Source: Escherichia coli O111:H8 (GTDB lineage: Bacteria > Pseudomonadota > Gammaproteobacteria > Enterobacterales > Enterobacteriaceae). From it: a stretch of DNA of 32,000 nt. The notes under the pieces are model-generated. The model saw nothing but the letters and a program-made list of their open reading frames with translations, had not been told where the DNA came from and ran no database searches. Numbering within the stretch: position 1 is the first letter of the stretch; each line of letters starts with the position of its first letter. Location: assembly GCF_050704245.1 (NCBI RefSeq), contig NZ_CP077585.1; one strand, given 5' to 3'. Below are positions 1 to 9,458 of this stretch, piece by piece. The translations under genes were made by a program, and so were the position numbers.

Positions 1-352
1 CATTATACGCACCAACTGCATCCCATGTATTCCCTCTGGATTTTATGTTAGAGGCTAAGATATAACCAGCAACAGATATGTTTATACAGGCATTATTCAA
101 TAAATCATCTTCAGATATATTAAATTTGCTTAATAAATCTAAATGAGATGAATTAATTTGCATTATACCTATATCATACGTTCCGTTTTTGTTTGTTTTG
201 CTTTTTATTCCGCTTTTGCATTTTGATTCATTCCATGCAATTGCTTTTAATATTAATGGATCTATGTTATATGCTTTTCCTGTAATTTCAAAACAATCGG
301 AAGCATTACAGTAATTTGAAATGAGAATGATACTCAGTATTATTTTTTTCAT
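1..352 (-). CDS. etgA: EtgA (Rorf3), T3SS-associated lytic transglycosylase, N-terminal part; the 3' end is outside the window
   Basis: Hand translation of the complement from ATG at 352: MKKIILSIILISNYCNASDCFEITGKAYNIDPLILKAIAWNESKCKSG...NGTYDIGIMQINSSHLDLL. It has a signal peptide, the transglycosylase WNES motif (Glu42) and the GIMQIN motif, and is open to the window edge. Confidence 0.9.
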   Translation of the reverse strand, partial: MKKIILSIILISNYCNASDCFEITGKAYNIDPLILKAIAWNESKCKSGIKSKTNKNGTYDIGIMQINSSHLDLLSKFNISEDDLLNNACINISVAGYILASNIKSRGNTWDAVGAYN

Positions 353-547
353 TTTTACGTTGTGACTCAATATTATTAATCAGAAATTACATATGTTAAC
401 CAGGGAAACAGCAGGTTGAAACATGAGTATATTTAATGATATATTACATTGCAATCTGGAGAAAAAGAAAGGTCTCCATTATTCTTGATATTGCTTATGG
501 ATAGAACAAATTGAAAGGAGTGAGGTTAGTATGAAACTGAGTGAGTT

Positions 548-919
548 ATGATTATGAAGGATGGCATCTATAGCATTATATTTATTAGCAATGAAGACTC
601 CTGTGGGGAAGGTATACTGATTAAAAATGGAAATATGATCACTGGCGGCGATATTGCTTCTGTGTATCAGGGGGTTCTCTCTGAAGATGAGGACATCATA
701 CTTCATGTCCATCGATATAATTACGAAATTCCCTCGGTGCTAAACATTGAACAAGATTATCAATTAGTTATCCCTAAAAAAGTACTGAGTAATGATAATA
801 ATCTCACATTACATTGCCATGTAAGAGGAAATGAAAAATTGTTTGTTGATGTTTATGCCAAATTTATAGAACCATTAATTATTAAAAACACAGGAATGCC
901 ACAAGTTTATTTAAAATAA
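548..919 (+). CDS. grlR: GrlR, negative regulator of LEE expression (partner of GrlA)
   Basis: 123-aa ORF MIMKDGIYSIIFISNEDSCGEGILIKNGNMITGGD..., recognised as GrlR; located immediately upstream of grlA. Confidence 0.95.
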   Translation: MIMKDGIYSIIFISNEDSCGEGILIKNGNMITGGDIASVYQGVLSEDEDIILHVHRYNYEIPSVLNIEQDYQLVIPKKVLSNDNNLTLHCHVRGNEKLFVDVYAKFIEPLIIKNTGMPQVYLK

Positions 920-973
920 TTTTTATGCATGTTTTTATGTCGATTTATTTATCAAATAAAAAGAATATGGAAA

Positions 974-1387
974 ATGGAATCTAAAAATAAAAATGGCGAC
1001 TATGTAATTCCTGACTCAGTAAAGAATTACGATGGTGAACCCCTGTATATCTTGGTTTCTCTTTGGTGTAAATTGCAGGAGAAATGGATTTCTCGCAATG
1101 ATATTGCCGAAGCATTCGGTATAAACCTGAGGAGAGCATCATTTATTATAACTTATATATCGAGAAGAAAAGAAAAAATTTCATTTCGTGTCAGATATGT
1201 TAGTTATGGTAATTTGCATTATAAGCGCCTTGAGATTTTCATTTATGATGTTAACCTTGAGGCGGTTCCGATAGAAAGTCCTGGATCAACCGGACCAAAA
1301 AGAAAAACCTACCGAGTTGGTAATGGTATTGTGGGACAGTCTAATATCTGGAACGAAATGATCTTGAGGAGGAAAAAGGAGAGTTAG
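974..1387 (+). CDS. grlA: GrlA, LEE transcriptional activator with a helix-turn-helix
   Basis: The ORF track opens at 929, but the internal ATG at 974 gives the familiar 137-aa MESKNKNGDYVIPDSVKNYDGEPLYILVSLWCKLQEKWISRNDIAEAFGINLRRASFIITYI... Confidence 0.93.
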   Translation: MESKNKNGDYVIPDSVKNYDGEPLYILVSLWCKLQEKWISRNDIAEAFGINLRRASFIITYISRRKEKISFRVRYVSYGNLHYKRLEIFIYDVNLEAVPIESPGSTGPKRKTYRVGNGIVGQSNIWNEMILRRKKES

Positions 1388-1728
1388 ACGTAATTTTTTG
1401 AGTATATTTTATAGAAGAATAAAAATAAAGCTATATTTAAGGGTTTTGTTTTCCAGGGTAAGCCTTTTTCTCGGCTAAAGTTTGAAGGTCATTTCCTGAC
1501 AAATATACTCTGAGCTATAGATGATTGGAAAGATCAGATTTCTAATGCTAAGTTAAGATATACTGATTGTTTCATAAACGGAAATGATATTAAATACAGC
1601 AGAAGATAGTTCAGGGCATAAAATCCTAGTTAATGGAATAACCCCACACCTGTAGATAAATCTACCAGTGGTCGGTGCTCAACTTTGGGAGCACTTCACT
1701 ATAGCAGCTTTATTATTTCCGATAGAAA

Positions 1729-1749
1729 ATCCCCAGTCAGCCTGGGGAT
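1729..1749 (-). terminator. Putative rho-independent terminator of the LEE2 operon, downstream of cesD
   Basis: ATCCCCAG-tcagc-CTGGGGAT hairpin with an 8-bp stem. On the minus strand it is followed by TTTCTATC and lies 22 nt past the cesD stop. Confidence 0.65.
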
Positions 1750-1770
1750 TGGTATAGCTGATGTTAGTTT

Positions 1771-2226
1771 TTACTCTGTATTACCTAACAATTTTTTAAT
1801 ATTTTCTTTATATGTAGTGTATTTTTCTTTTTCATTACACCACATTAAACAAGCCTTAAAGGCTTTCTTGGCCATTTTCTTATTTCCGACGAGTAAGTAG
1901 CTAATTCCAGAATAATAAGATGCCCTGGGATCTTGCATAACTAAAGTTGCACAGCGTGCGAAACACAGTTGTGCATCTTCATGATTTGATAAACGCTGAT
2001 GGCATAAGCCCAGAGATAAGGTGTAGTCATAATTCCAGTGTTCCAGATATGTGAGCAAATGGAATAGATTTCTTGCGGTTATAACATCACCAGATTGATA
2101 TGCTGTATAGGCATAAGAATGAAGGTCATTGAGATCTTGTTGTGTCAGATTTGTTAATGACGCTAATGTGCCACCATCCTGGTAGAAATCATAAATATCC
2201 TCTAGAGAGCTAAATTTCCTGCTCAT
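1771..2226 (-). CDS. cesD: CesD, T3SS translocator chaperone with TPR-like repeats
   Basis: 151 aa with SycD/LcrH-like TPR segments (YTLSLGLCHQRLSNHEDAQLCFARCATLVMQDPRASYYSGISYLLVGNKKMAKKAFKACL); last gene of LEE2. Confidence 0.92.
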   Translation of the reverse strand: MSRKFSSLEDIYDFYQDGGTLASLTNLTQQDLNDLHSYAYTAYQSGDVITARNLFHLLTYLEHWNYDYTLSLGLCHQRLSNHEDAQLCFARCATLVMQDPRASYYSGISYLLVGNKKMAKKAFKACLMWCNEKEKYTTYKENIKKLLGNTE

Positions 2227-2239
2227 AAAGCCTCATTTA

Positions 2240-3778
2240 TTATTCGCTAGATGCAGATTTTATCGGGGTTGCTTTAATTAAAAAGAGTCGAACAACACTA
2301 TGTTTTTGTTTTACCGTACTGGAGAATAAACTACCAATAACAGGAATGTCGCTTAACAGCGGTATACCATCTTTACTTGAACTTTCTTTATCTTGGATAA
2401 ATCCGCCAAGTAATAAACTTTCTCCTGCACTTAATGTCGCTTCTGTTGTCATTTCTGAATTTTGTACTTCAGGTAAGGTGCTGCTGGCATCCTGAGCATT
2501 GCTTTGGTTAGTCGATTGATTGCCATCCTGAATATCAAGTAACAAACGAACTCGTTCCCGACGTTTTCCGGTAAGACTATTCGAGCTGTCATCAAGTATA
2601 CGTGGTGTCACTCTCAGCAATGTTCCGCTTGTAATACTTTCCAGAGACGCCACCTTTTCTCCGGAGACTTTTGTATAAAACGTTACGTTTTTATCAAGAA
2701 TCGCCTGCATATTATTTAAGGTTATAATTGACGGCTGAGAGAGTATTTTAGCTTTCGAGTTCTGTTGTAACGCATTCACCCTAATCATAAAATTACTGGC
2801 ATTACTTATCACAGAAGAGCTGATATTAGCCTGTGCGGTAGAGCTATTAAAGGCAATCGTACCTTGTCCTGCATTTAACGTACCGGACCAGTTTACGCCG
2901 AGCTGCTGAAGATCGTTTGCATCAACATCAATAATTGAGACAGAAATTTCAATTTGCCTTTGTTCAATATCAAGCTCAGAAATTAATTGCTGATAGATAT
3001 CCATCGTTATTTCGCGGTCTTTTACAACAACTGCATTAAGACGTGGATCAGCGGAAATCGTTACACTGTTATCAAACAGGTTACCGCTTCGCTCGACGGC
3101 ACCTTTACCGGTACTGGGAAGCGAACCATTACTTGCCATTGTCTTCAGAATGGAGACAACACCTGGGACGACAACATTTTGGTCACGGTATTTGTATGTT
3201 ATATCTGTCGCTGACGCATAGTTCAGTTTAAAGACCTTAACAACATCTTTATTTTTGGCTTTAGACTGTGCCTCTTTATCAAGACTTTCTGATAAAGATG
3301 TAATATATTTTATACATTCAGGAACACCCCGAACTTCAATCGAGTTAAATGTCGTAATTTTTCTCACATTGCAAGAGTTTTTGTTTACTGAGATTGTATC
3401 ACTCAGATATTTTAGCAGTGAGTCAATATCCAGATATGTTGGTGTAATTATACTTCTTGATATTTCATTTGTTTTATAAATATACAAGATATTCTCATCA
3501 TAATACCATGTGAGATGATAGAGTTTGGACAGTTTTTCCAGTACTTTTACAGGTTTTTCATTTTTTATTTCGCCAGAGAAATCATCATTCACGGAACTAC
3601 TGATGAAAACAGGAATGCTGTAGTTAGCAGCAAAGTCATTAAGGATTACACGTACTGGAGAACTTTTAGTAATAATAAAATATTCGTTCTTGCCTAATCT
3701 TTTTTCCAGAGAGGACGGGGCAGCTTGTGCACTGCAGCAAAATAGTGCTGTAAAAATAAAAAAACTTATTTTTTTCAT
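2240..3778 (-). CDS. escC: EscC (SctC), outer-membrane secretin of the T3SS
   Basis: 512 aa with signal peptide, N0/N1 domains (DIDSLLKYLSDT...FNSIEVRG) and a secretin core (ALQQNSKAKILSQPSIITLNNMQAI...GESLLLGGFIQD). Confidence 0.97.
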   Translation of the reverse strand: MKKISFFIFTALFCCSAQAAPSSLEKRLGKNEYFIITKSSPVRVILNDFAANYSIPVFISSSVNDDFSGEIKNEKPVKVLEKLSKLYHLTWYYDENILYIYKTNEISRSIITPTYLDIDSLLKYLSDTISVNKNSCNVRKITTFNSIEVRGVPECIKYITSLSESLDKEAQSKAKNKDVVKVFKLNYASATDITYKYRDQNVVVPGVVSILKTMASNGSLPSTGKGAVERSGNLFDNSVTISADPRLNAVVVKDREITMDIYQQLISELDIEQRQIEISVSIIDVDANDLQQLGVNWSGTLNAGQGTIAFNSSTAQANISSSVISNASNFMIRVNALQQNSKAKILSQPSIITLNNMQAILDKNVTFYTKVSGEKVASLESITSGTLLRVTPRILDDSSNSLTGKRRERVRLLLDIQDGNQSTNQSNAQDASSTLPEVQNSEMTTEATLSAGESLLLGGFIQDKESSSKDGIPLLSDIPVIGSLFSSTVKQKHSVVRLFLIKATPIKSASSE

Positions 3779-4233
3779 TACACAATTCGTCCTATATCAG
3801 AAAACAAGTGTGTTGGCGGCATCATTGTATCTGATGAAGATGATTGCTCTAGTTTATCAAATTGCTTGTCGAGCAACGAGGCGAGAGTATGTTGCATTAT
3901 TGCTTTTGACATGTTTGCGCGATGATTATTATCTTTATGAAAAATTTGGCAAAGATACCACTTCTTATTAGACAGGAAAATACCCATTTGTTTATATTCT
4001 TTACTAACGGCCAGGATATTGCAGAGTCTGATAAATGTATCTGTTGGAACCTGACGAAAATCACCACTAAGCTCGATATATAGAACCCAGTAGTTTCCAA
4101 AATCGTGCAAGAAAGCATTTTTTTGGTAGATATAAAAAGTGAGATGCGTTGGTGAACCGTTGACATCCTTTACAAAATCAAGGGCCGTTAGCCAGTCACA
4201 ATCATTCTTTGCTATGCCATTATTATTGTTCAT
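3778..4233 (-). CDS. sepD: SepD, T3SS gatekeeper/switch protein (SepL partner)
   Basis: 151 aa, located between escC and escJ in LEE2 gene order. Confidence 0.9.
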   Translation of the reverse strand: MNNNNGIAKNDCDWLTALDFVKDVNGSPTHLTFYIYQKNAFLHDFGNYWVLYIELSGDFRQVPTDTFIRLCNILAVSKEYKQMGIFLSNKKWYLCQIFHKDNNHRANMSKAIMQHTLASLLDKQFDKLEQSSSSDTMMPPTHLFSDIGRIV

Positions 4234-4238
4234 ACATA

Positions 4239-4811
4239 TTACCCGTCCTGCCCTGAGGATGACTTGATAACAACACTAATATTTTCTAATTTGAGATCGT
4301 CGACACTATTCTTAACCAGGTTTTTTATCTGAATGACCGATGGTGCTAAGTTAACCTCTGGCGAGCTGATGACTAAAACGGCTGCTGAGGATGGTTGACT
4401 TTCGTTATTGTTAACATTTAATGAAACGCTGCAATCGATAACACCGGGTATTTTACTTAGCAACCTTTCGATGTCTTGTTCTTTGAGATAGTTGATTTTT
4501 GCATTTTCTTGTGATGGCGATGCCACTAACTGGCTGGGTGGGAAAATAACCTCGATATCTGCAAATTTCTTTTTCGGGAAGCCGTTATTATTTAAAATCG
4601 TTATTGCGCGAACAAAATCCTCTTTTTCCACACTGAGTGTCATATTTCCACTTTTGTCCATTTCTTTGGAAACATTGACATCATTGGATAGCAACAGTGC
4701 TTGCATCTGATTAGCTTCTTTTTCTGTTAATCCTGTATACAATTGCTCTTTACATGCCACTGTCAAACAAATAGCAGCCAATAAAAAAAGGTTTTTAATG
4801 TGTTTTTTCAT
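4239..4811 (-). CDS. escJ: EscJ (SctJ), inner-membrane ring lipoprotein
   Basis: 190 aa. Lipobox LAAICLTVAC, then KEQLYTGLTEKEANQMQALLLSNDVNVSKE and GVIDCSVSLNV, typical of the YscJ/PrgK family. Confidence 0.97.
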   Translation of the reverse strand: MKKHIKNLFLLAAICLTVACKEQLYTGLTEKEANQMQALLLSNDVNVSKEMDKSGNMTLSVEKEDFVRAITILNNNGFPKKKFADIEVIFPPSQLVASPSQENAKINYLKEQDIERLLSKIPGVIDCSVSLNVNNNESQPSSAAVLVISSPEVNLAPSVIQIKNLVKNSVDDLKLENISVVIKSSSGQDG

Positions 4812-4813
4812 TT

Positions 4814-5242
4814 TTATTGCATCGAAACTAATTTTGTAACCGATGTTGAAAGGAGGCTTGCTAACTTAGATACGACATCAACATTGACGTTTGCGTTGAG
4901 CACATTCTTTTGTAAAGTGAGTACATCTTCGGGCGAGAGCCCACCTGCAGATAGTGCATCGAAACTGAGATCGGTGTTCATTGTTGCAAGATGTCGCTTT
5001 TTAATTTCTTCAATCAACACTTGTTCTGGGGAAGACACTCCCGCCGTTTTAGGGAGTAATTGATCAAGAAACTGAGCCGCTCCGGCTGCAGAGGGGGTTG
5101 ATGCTAACGGGATATGCTCATCAACGACATTTGTTTGGAATGCTTTATTTAACTGAATATTAATGTTTTTCGATTGATTAATATTATTCATATTTACTGT
5201 TAGTCTCTTTTCATGAGAGAGGCAATGGCATAATGCATCCAT
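4814..5242 (-). CDS. escI: EscI (SctI), inner rod protein
   Basis: 142 aa directly upstream of escJ; C-terminus LTLQKNVLNANVNVDVVSKLASLLSTSVTKLVSMQ is typical of rod proteins. Confidence 0.88.
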   Translation of the reverse strand: MDALCHCLSHEKRLTVNMNNINQSKNINIQLNKAFQTNVVDEHIPLASTPSAAGAAQFLDQLLPKTAGVSSPEQVLIEEIKKRHLATMNTDLSFDALSAGGLSPEDVLTLQKNVLNANVNVDVVSKLASLLSTSVTKLVSMQ

Positions 5243-5273
5243 TACCTCTCTATTTTTTTATGCGATGCGATGA

Positions 5274-5570
5274 TTAGGCATATCTCATCGCTAATCCGCC
5301 GGCAACAGTAGTTACGCCACCTAATACACCGGCTGCGATTCCTAAGCCTAATCTTTGTGAAGAGTCTTCAACACACAGTGATGCGATACCAGTACCGATA
5401 GCGGCTAGAGTACCTACACTTATCAAAACTCCAGCTAGGATTCTAACGTTACGACTTGTTTCACCTTCTGGTTGCATCACTCCTGTTTTCTCATCCACTA
5501 GATTATTTCCATTGATTGTGGCTGCCAGTGGTAATACTGTACCAGAAGGACTTAAATTTGCTGCTTCCAT
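5274..5570 (-). CDS. espZ: EspZ (SepZ), translocated effector with two transmembrane hairpins
   Basis: 98 aa, MEAANLSPSGTVLPLAAT...GVLISVGTLAAIGTGIASLCV...LGIAAGVLGGVTTVAGGLAMRYA; first gene of LEE2. On the minus strand GGAG precedes the ATG. Confidence 0.92.
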   Translation of the reverse strand: MEAANLSPSGTVLPLAATINGNNLVDEKTGVMQPEGETSRNVRILAGVLISVGTLAAIGTGIASLCVEDSSQRLGLGIAAGVLGGVTTVAGGLAMRYA

Positions 5571-5754
5571 TGATCTTTCTCCTTTTGTCTAATTTAGACA
5601 TTTACTTGGTTATAAATAACCAAATTATCCCATAGGCAACTATTATATTATTTAAATAGTTGCAATGTACATAAAGTACATATACTGTATATATTATCCA
5701 ATACGCTTTTTCAAGCAATAATATTCACACGTATACTTACTTCAGAGCCTGCAG
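5571..5754. promoter_or_regulatory. Divergent LEE2/LEE3 regulatory region
   Basis: 184-bp AT-rich gap between divergent espZ (-) and cesL (+), containing several inverted repeats (see findings). Confidence 0.7.
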
Positions 5755-6108
5755 ATGAATCTTTTAGTTAAAAGAAACGTTGAAGAGTTTTTAAGATTGT
5801 TGGGAAATGATTTTTATTTATTTGATAACCGTGTTGAAATTGATTTTAATGGGTTTTCTTTTTTTATTGAAATAATTGATAATAATGTTTTTGTTACGTT
5901 TGCTTTAGAGTATAACGAAAACGCATTTTTCTCTTTCTTTAGTGCCCTTGCTCCTGAGCGTACGCAGGGAGTGATTGAACATATTTTTGTCTACGATAAT
6001 AAATTGTGCTTAAGTTGTTTGTTAACCAATATCGATGTTTTTTTTCTAATGAATACTTTTCAACAACATGTGCAGATTATTGAGCGCGTTCGCAGGATGA
6101 CATCATGA
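5755..6108 (+). CDS. cesL: CesL (Orf12), small T3SS chaperone for SepL
   Basis: 117 aa, first gene of LEE3, overlapping the start of escV. Confidence 0.85.
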   Translation: MNLLVKRNVEEFLRLLGNDFYLFDNRVEIDFNGFSFFIEIIDNNVFVTFALEYNENAFFSFFSALAPERTQGVIEHIFVYDNKLCLSCLLTNIDVFFLMNTFQQHVQIIERVRRMTS

Positions 6109-8132
6109 ATAAACTCTTAAATATATTTAAAAAAGCAGAGTCATATCACGATCTTATTCTGGCTCTCTTCTTCTTTATGGCTGTAATGATGATGATTATT
6201 CCACTACCAACAGTTGTGGTGGATATCATTATCGCGATTAATATTTCGACAGCTTTACTTTTATTAATGCTCTCAATCTATATAAAAAATCCTCTTGAAC
6301 TAACTTCTTTCCCCACAATCCTGTTGATTACGACGTTGATGCGCCTGTCGCTCAGTGTTAGTACAACCAGACTTATTCTGCTGCATCACGATGCGGGTGA
6401 CATTATTTACTCCTTCGGTAACTTTGTTGTTGGCGGTAATATTGTTGTTGGCCTGGTTATTTTTACTATTATCACCATTGTTCAATTTATGGTTATTACA
6501 AAAGGGGCCGAGCGTGTTGCTGAAGTAAGTGCTCGTTTTTCCCTTGATGGTATGCCAGGAAAACAAATGAGTATTGATGGTGATATGCGCGCAGGCGTTA
6601 TTGACCCGCTTGAGGCAAAAGTTCTTCGTTCCCGAGTGCAAAAGGAAAGCCAGTTTTATGGTTCAATGGACGGGGCGATGAAGTTTGTAAAAGGGGACGC
6701 TATTGCCGGTATCATTATTGTTTTAGTTAACCTGTTTGGTGGCGTGCTCATTGGTATGTGGCAATTTGATATGCCATTTAGTGAGGCACTTAGCCTGTTT
6801 TCTGTATTGTCTGTCGGTGATGCTTTGGTTGCCCAGATCCCTGCACTTATTATCTCTGTCACCGCGGGCGTGGTTGTTACTCGTGTGCCCGGTGAAAGCG
6901 AAAAAGAAGAAAACCTTGCAGGTGATATTGTTCAACAGGTTTCTGTTAATAGTCGCCCTTTTTTAATCAGTGCCGCACTAATGCTCGTAATGGCGATTAT
7001 TCCGGGCTTTCCTACATTGGTCTTCTTATTTCTGGCGGTTTGCCTGTTGGGGATAGCTTGGAAATTACAGAAGAAAAGAACATTTGGAACTGGCAATAAT
7101 AAGGATGCTATGGGAGCTGATTTGTCTAATAGCCAAAACATCTCACCAGGCGCCGAGCCGTTGATTTTAAACTTAAGTAATAATATTTATAGTTCAGACA
7201 TTGCACAGCAAATTGAGGTCATGCGGTGGAATTTCTTTGAGGAAAGTGGAATTCCATTGCCTAAGATTATTGTCAATCCGGTTAAAAATAATGATAGCGC
7301 AATAGAATTTTTGCTCTATCAAGAGTCAATATACAAAGATACTCTTATAGATGATACTGTCTATTTTGAGGCTGGGCATGCAGAGATCTCATTCGAATTT
7401 GTTCAGGAAAAGCTTTCGACTAACTCTATCGTATATAAAACGAATGAGGCTAACCAACAACTAGCTCACCTTTCAGGTATGGATGTTTATGCAACAACAA
7501 ATGATAAGATAACGTTTTTGCTAAAGAAACTTGTATTGTCTAATGCCAAAGAGTTCATCGGCGTACAAGAAACGCGTTATTTGATGGACATCATGGAGAG
7601 AAAATATAACGAGCTTGTGAAAGAGCTGCAGCGCCAGCTTGGTTTGAGCAAAATTGTTGACATTCTCCAACGTCTCGTAGAGGAAAATATCTCAATTAGG
7701 GATCTGAGAACTATCTTTGAAACGCTTATTTTTTGGTCAACAAAAGAAAAAGATGTGGTTATCTTGTGCGAATACGTTCGTATCGCCCTGCGTCGGCATA
7801 TTTTAGGTCGCTATAGCGTTCGCGGTACACTTCTGAACGTTTGGCTTATTGGCTCTGATATTGAAAATGAGCTACGAGAGTCGATCAGACAAACGTCATC
7901 AGGCTCGTATCTGAATATCTCACCGGAGCGAAGTGAGCAGATAATTGGCTTCTTAAAAAATATCATGAATCCAACGGGGAACGGCGTCATTCTGACTGCT
8001 TTAGATATCAGGCGCTATGTGAAGAAAATGATTGAAGGTTCGTTCCCGTCAGTACCCGTGCTCTCTTTTCAGGAGGTTGGGAATAATATCGAACTTAAAG
8101 TATTAGGAACGGTAAATGATTTCAGAGCATGA
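6105..8132 (+). CDS. escV: EscV (SctV), major export apparatus protein (FlhA/LcrD family)
   Basis: 675 aa, N-terminal multi-TM region with the FHIPEP-type signature KGAERVAEVSARFSLDGMPGKQMSIDGDMRAG, and a cytoplasmic C-terminal domain. Confidence 0.98.
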   Translation: MNKLLNIFKKAESYHDLILALFFFMAVMMMIIPLPTVVVDIIIAINISTALLLLMLSIYIKNPLELTSFPTILLITTLMRLSLSVSTTRLILLHHDAGDIIYSFGNFVVGGNIVVGLVIFTIITIVQFMVITKGAERVAEVSARFSLDGMPGKQMSIDGDMRAGVIDPLEAKVLRSRVQKESQFYGSMDGAMKFVKGDAIAGIIIVLVNLFGGVLIGMWQFDMPFSEALSLFSVLSVGDALVAQIPALIISVTAGVVVTRVPGESEKEENLAGDIVQQVSVNSRPFLISAALMLVMAIIPGFPTLVFLFLAVCLLGIAWKLQKKRTFGTGNNKDAMGADLSNSQNISPGAEPLILNLSNNIYSSDIAQQIEVMRWNFFEESGIPLPKIIVNPVKNNDSAIEFLLYQESIYKDTLIDDTVYFEAGHAEISFEFVQEKLSTNSIVYKTNEANQQLAHLSGMDVYATTNDKITFLLKKLVLSNAKEFIGVQETRYLMDIMERKYNELVKELQRQLGLSKIVDILQRLVEENISIRDLRTIFETLIFWSTKEKDVVILCEYVRIALRRHILGRYSVRGTLLNVWLIGSDIENELRESIRQTSSGSYLNISPERSEQIIGFLKNIMNPTGNGVILTALDIRRYVKKMIEGSFPSVPVLSFQEVGNNIELKVLGTVNDFRA

Positions 8133-9456
8133 TTCTGTATTGGAAAGATACCCACGTATTCAGAAAGTGCTCAATAGCACTGTGCCGGCATTATCATTAA
8201 ATTCGTCTACCAGATATGAAGGTAAAATTACCAATATCGGCGGGACGATTATTAAGGCGCGTTTACCAAAAGCGCGTATTGGCGCCTTTTACAAGATAGA
8301 ACCCAGTCAACGTTTAGCCGAGGTGATCGCTATTGATGAAGATGAGGTTTTCCTGTTGCCTTTTGAGCATGTTTCCGGCATGTACTGTGGTCAGTGGTTA
8401 AGTTATCAGGGGGATGAGTTCAAGATTCGTGTTGGAGACGCACTACTTGGGCGGCTTGTTGATGGCATTGGCAGACCAATGGAGAGTAATATTGCTGCTC
8501 CCTATCTTCCGTTTGAACGCAGCTTGTATGCTGAACCACCAGATCCTTTATTAAGGCAGGTTATTGATCAGCCATTTATACTTGGCGTCAGGGCAATTGA
8601 TGGGTTACTAACTTGCGGTATTGGGCAGCGTATCGGTATTTTTGCCGGTTCAGGCGTTGGTAAAAGTACGCTTTTGGGGATGATTTGTAATGGCGCATCC
8701 GCAGATATTATTGTCCTTGCTCTTATCGGCGAACGTGGTCGCGAAGTAAATGAATTCCTCGCGCTTTTACCTCAATCCACGCTTTCTAAATGTGTGCTGG
8801 TCGTCACAACGTCAGACCGCCCCGCACTGGAAAGGATGAAAGCCGCATTTACGGCGACGACTATTGCAGAGTACTTCCGCGATCAGGGTAAAAATGTATT
8901 ATTAATGATGGATTCTGTAACTCGTTATGCCCGAGCCGCGCGTGATGTTGGGCTTGCATCGGGAGAACCTGATGTAAGGGGGGGATTCCCTCCGAGTGTT
9001 TTTTCCTCGTTACCTAAATTATTAGAGCGAGCGGGGCCTGCGCCAAAAGGTTCAATAACCGCGATTTATACGGTGTTGTTAGAAAGCGATAATGTTAATG
9101 ATCCTATTGGCGATGAAGTCCGCTCTATTCTTGATGGGCATATCGTACTTACCCGAGAACTTGCAGAGGAAAACCATTTCCCTGCAATTGATATTGGTTT
9201 AAGTGCCAGTCGTGTTATGCATAACGTTGTTACATCGGAGCATTTGCGTGCGGCGGCAGAATGCAAAAAGCTTATTGCGACTTATAACAATGTTGAGCTG
9301 CTTATTCGTATTGGTGAGTACACGATGGGGCAAGATCCTGAAGCGGATAAGGCAATAAAAAATAGGAAATTAATTCAGAGCTTTATACAGCAAAGCACCA
9401 AAGATATCAGTAGTTACGAAAAAACGATTGAAAACCTATTCAAAGTGGTTGCCTGA
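8116..9456 (+). CDS. escN: EscN (SctN), T3SS ATPase
   Basis: 446 aa with Walker A GIFAGSGVGKST, Walker B VLLMMDSVTRYARAARD and DVRGGFPPSVFSSLPKLLERAG. Confidence 0.98.
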   Translation: MISEHDSVLERYPRIQKVLNSTVPALSLNSSTRYEGKITNIGGTIIKARLPKARIGAFYKIEPSQRLAEVIAIDEDEVFLLPFEHVSGMYCGQWLSYQGDEFKIRVGDALLGRLVDGIGRPMESNIAAPYLPFERSLYAEPPDPLLRQVIDQPFILGVRAIDGLLTCGIGQRIGIFAGSGVGKSTLLGMICNGASADIIVLALIGERGREVNEFLALLPQSTLSKCVLVVTTSDRPALERMKAAFTATTIAEYFRDQGKNVLLMMDSVTRYARAARDVGLASGEPDVRGGFPPSVFSSLPKLLERAGPAPKGSITAIYTVLLESDNVNDPIGDEVRSILDGHIVLTRELAEENHFPAIDIGLSASRVMHNVVTSEHLRAAAECKKLIATYNNVELLIRIGEYTMGQDPEADKAIKNRKLIQSFIQQSTKDISSYEKTIENLFKVVA

Positions 9457-9458
9457 GT

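Noticed and set aside
1685-1900. 71-aa plus-strand ORF overlapping the cesD 3' end.
   Set aside because: Its start lies in the hairpin cluster and the rest is antisense to cesD; no recognisable product.
2987-3697. Several plus-strand ORFs of 60-75 codons opposite escC (2987-3214, 3043-3231, 3255-3479, 3515-3697).
   Set aside because: They lie antisense within a well-supported secretin gene, have no RBS or family features, and are expected shadow ORFs.
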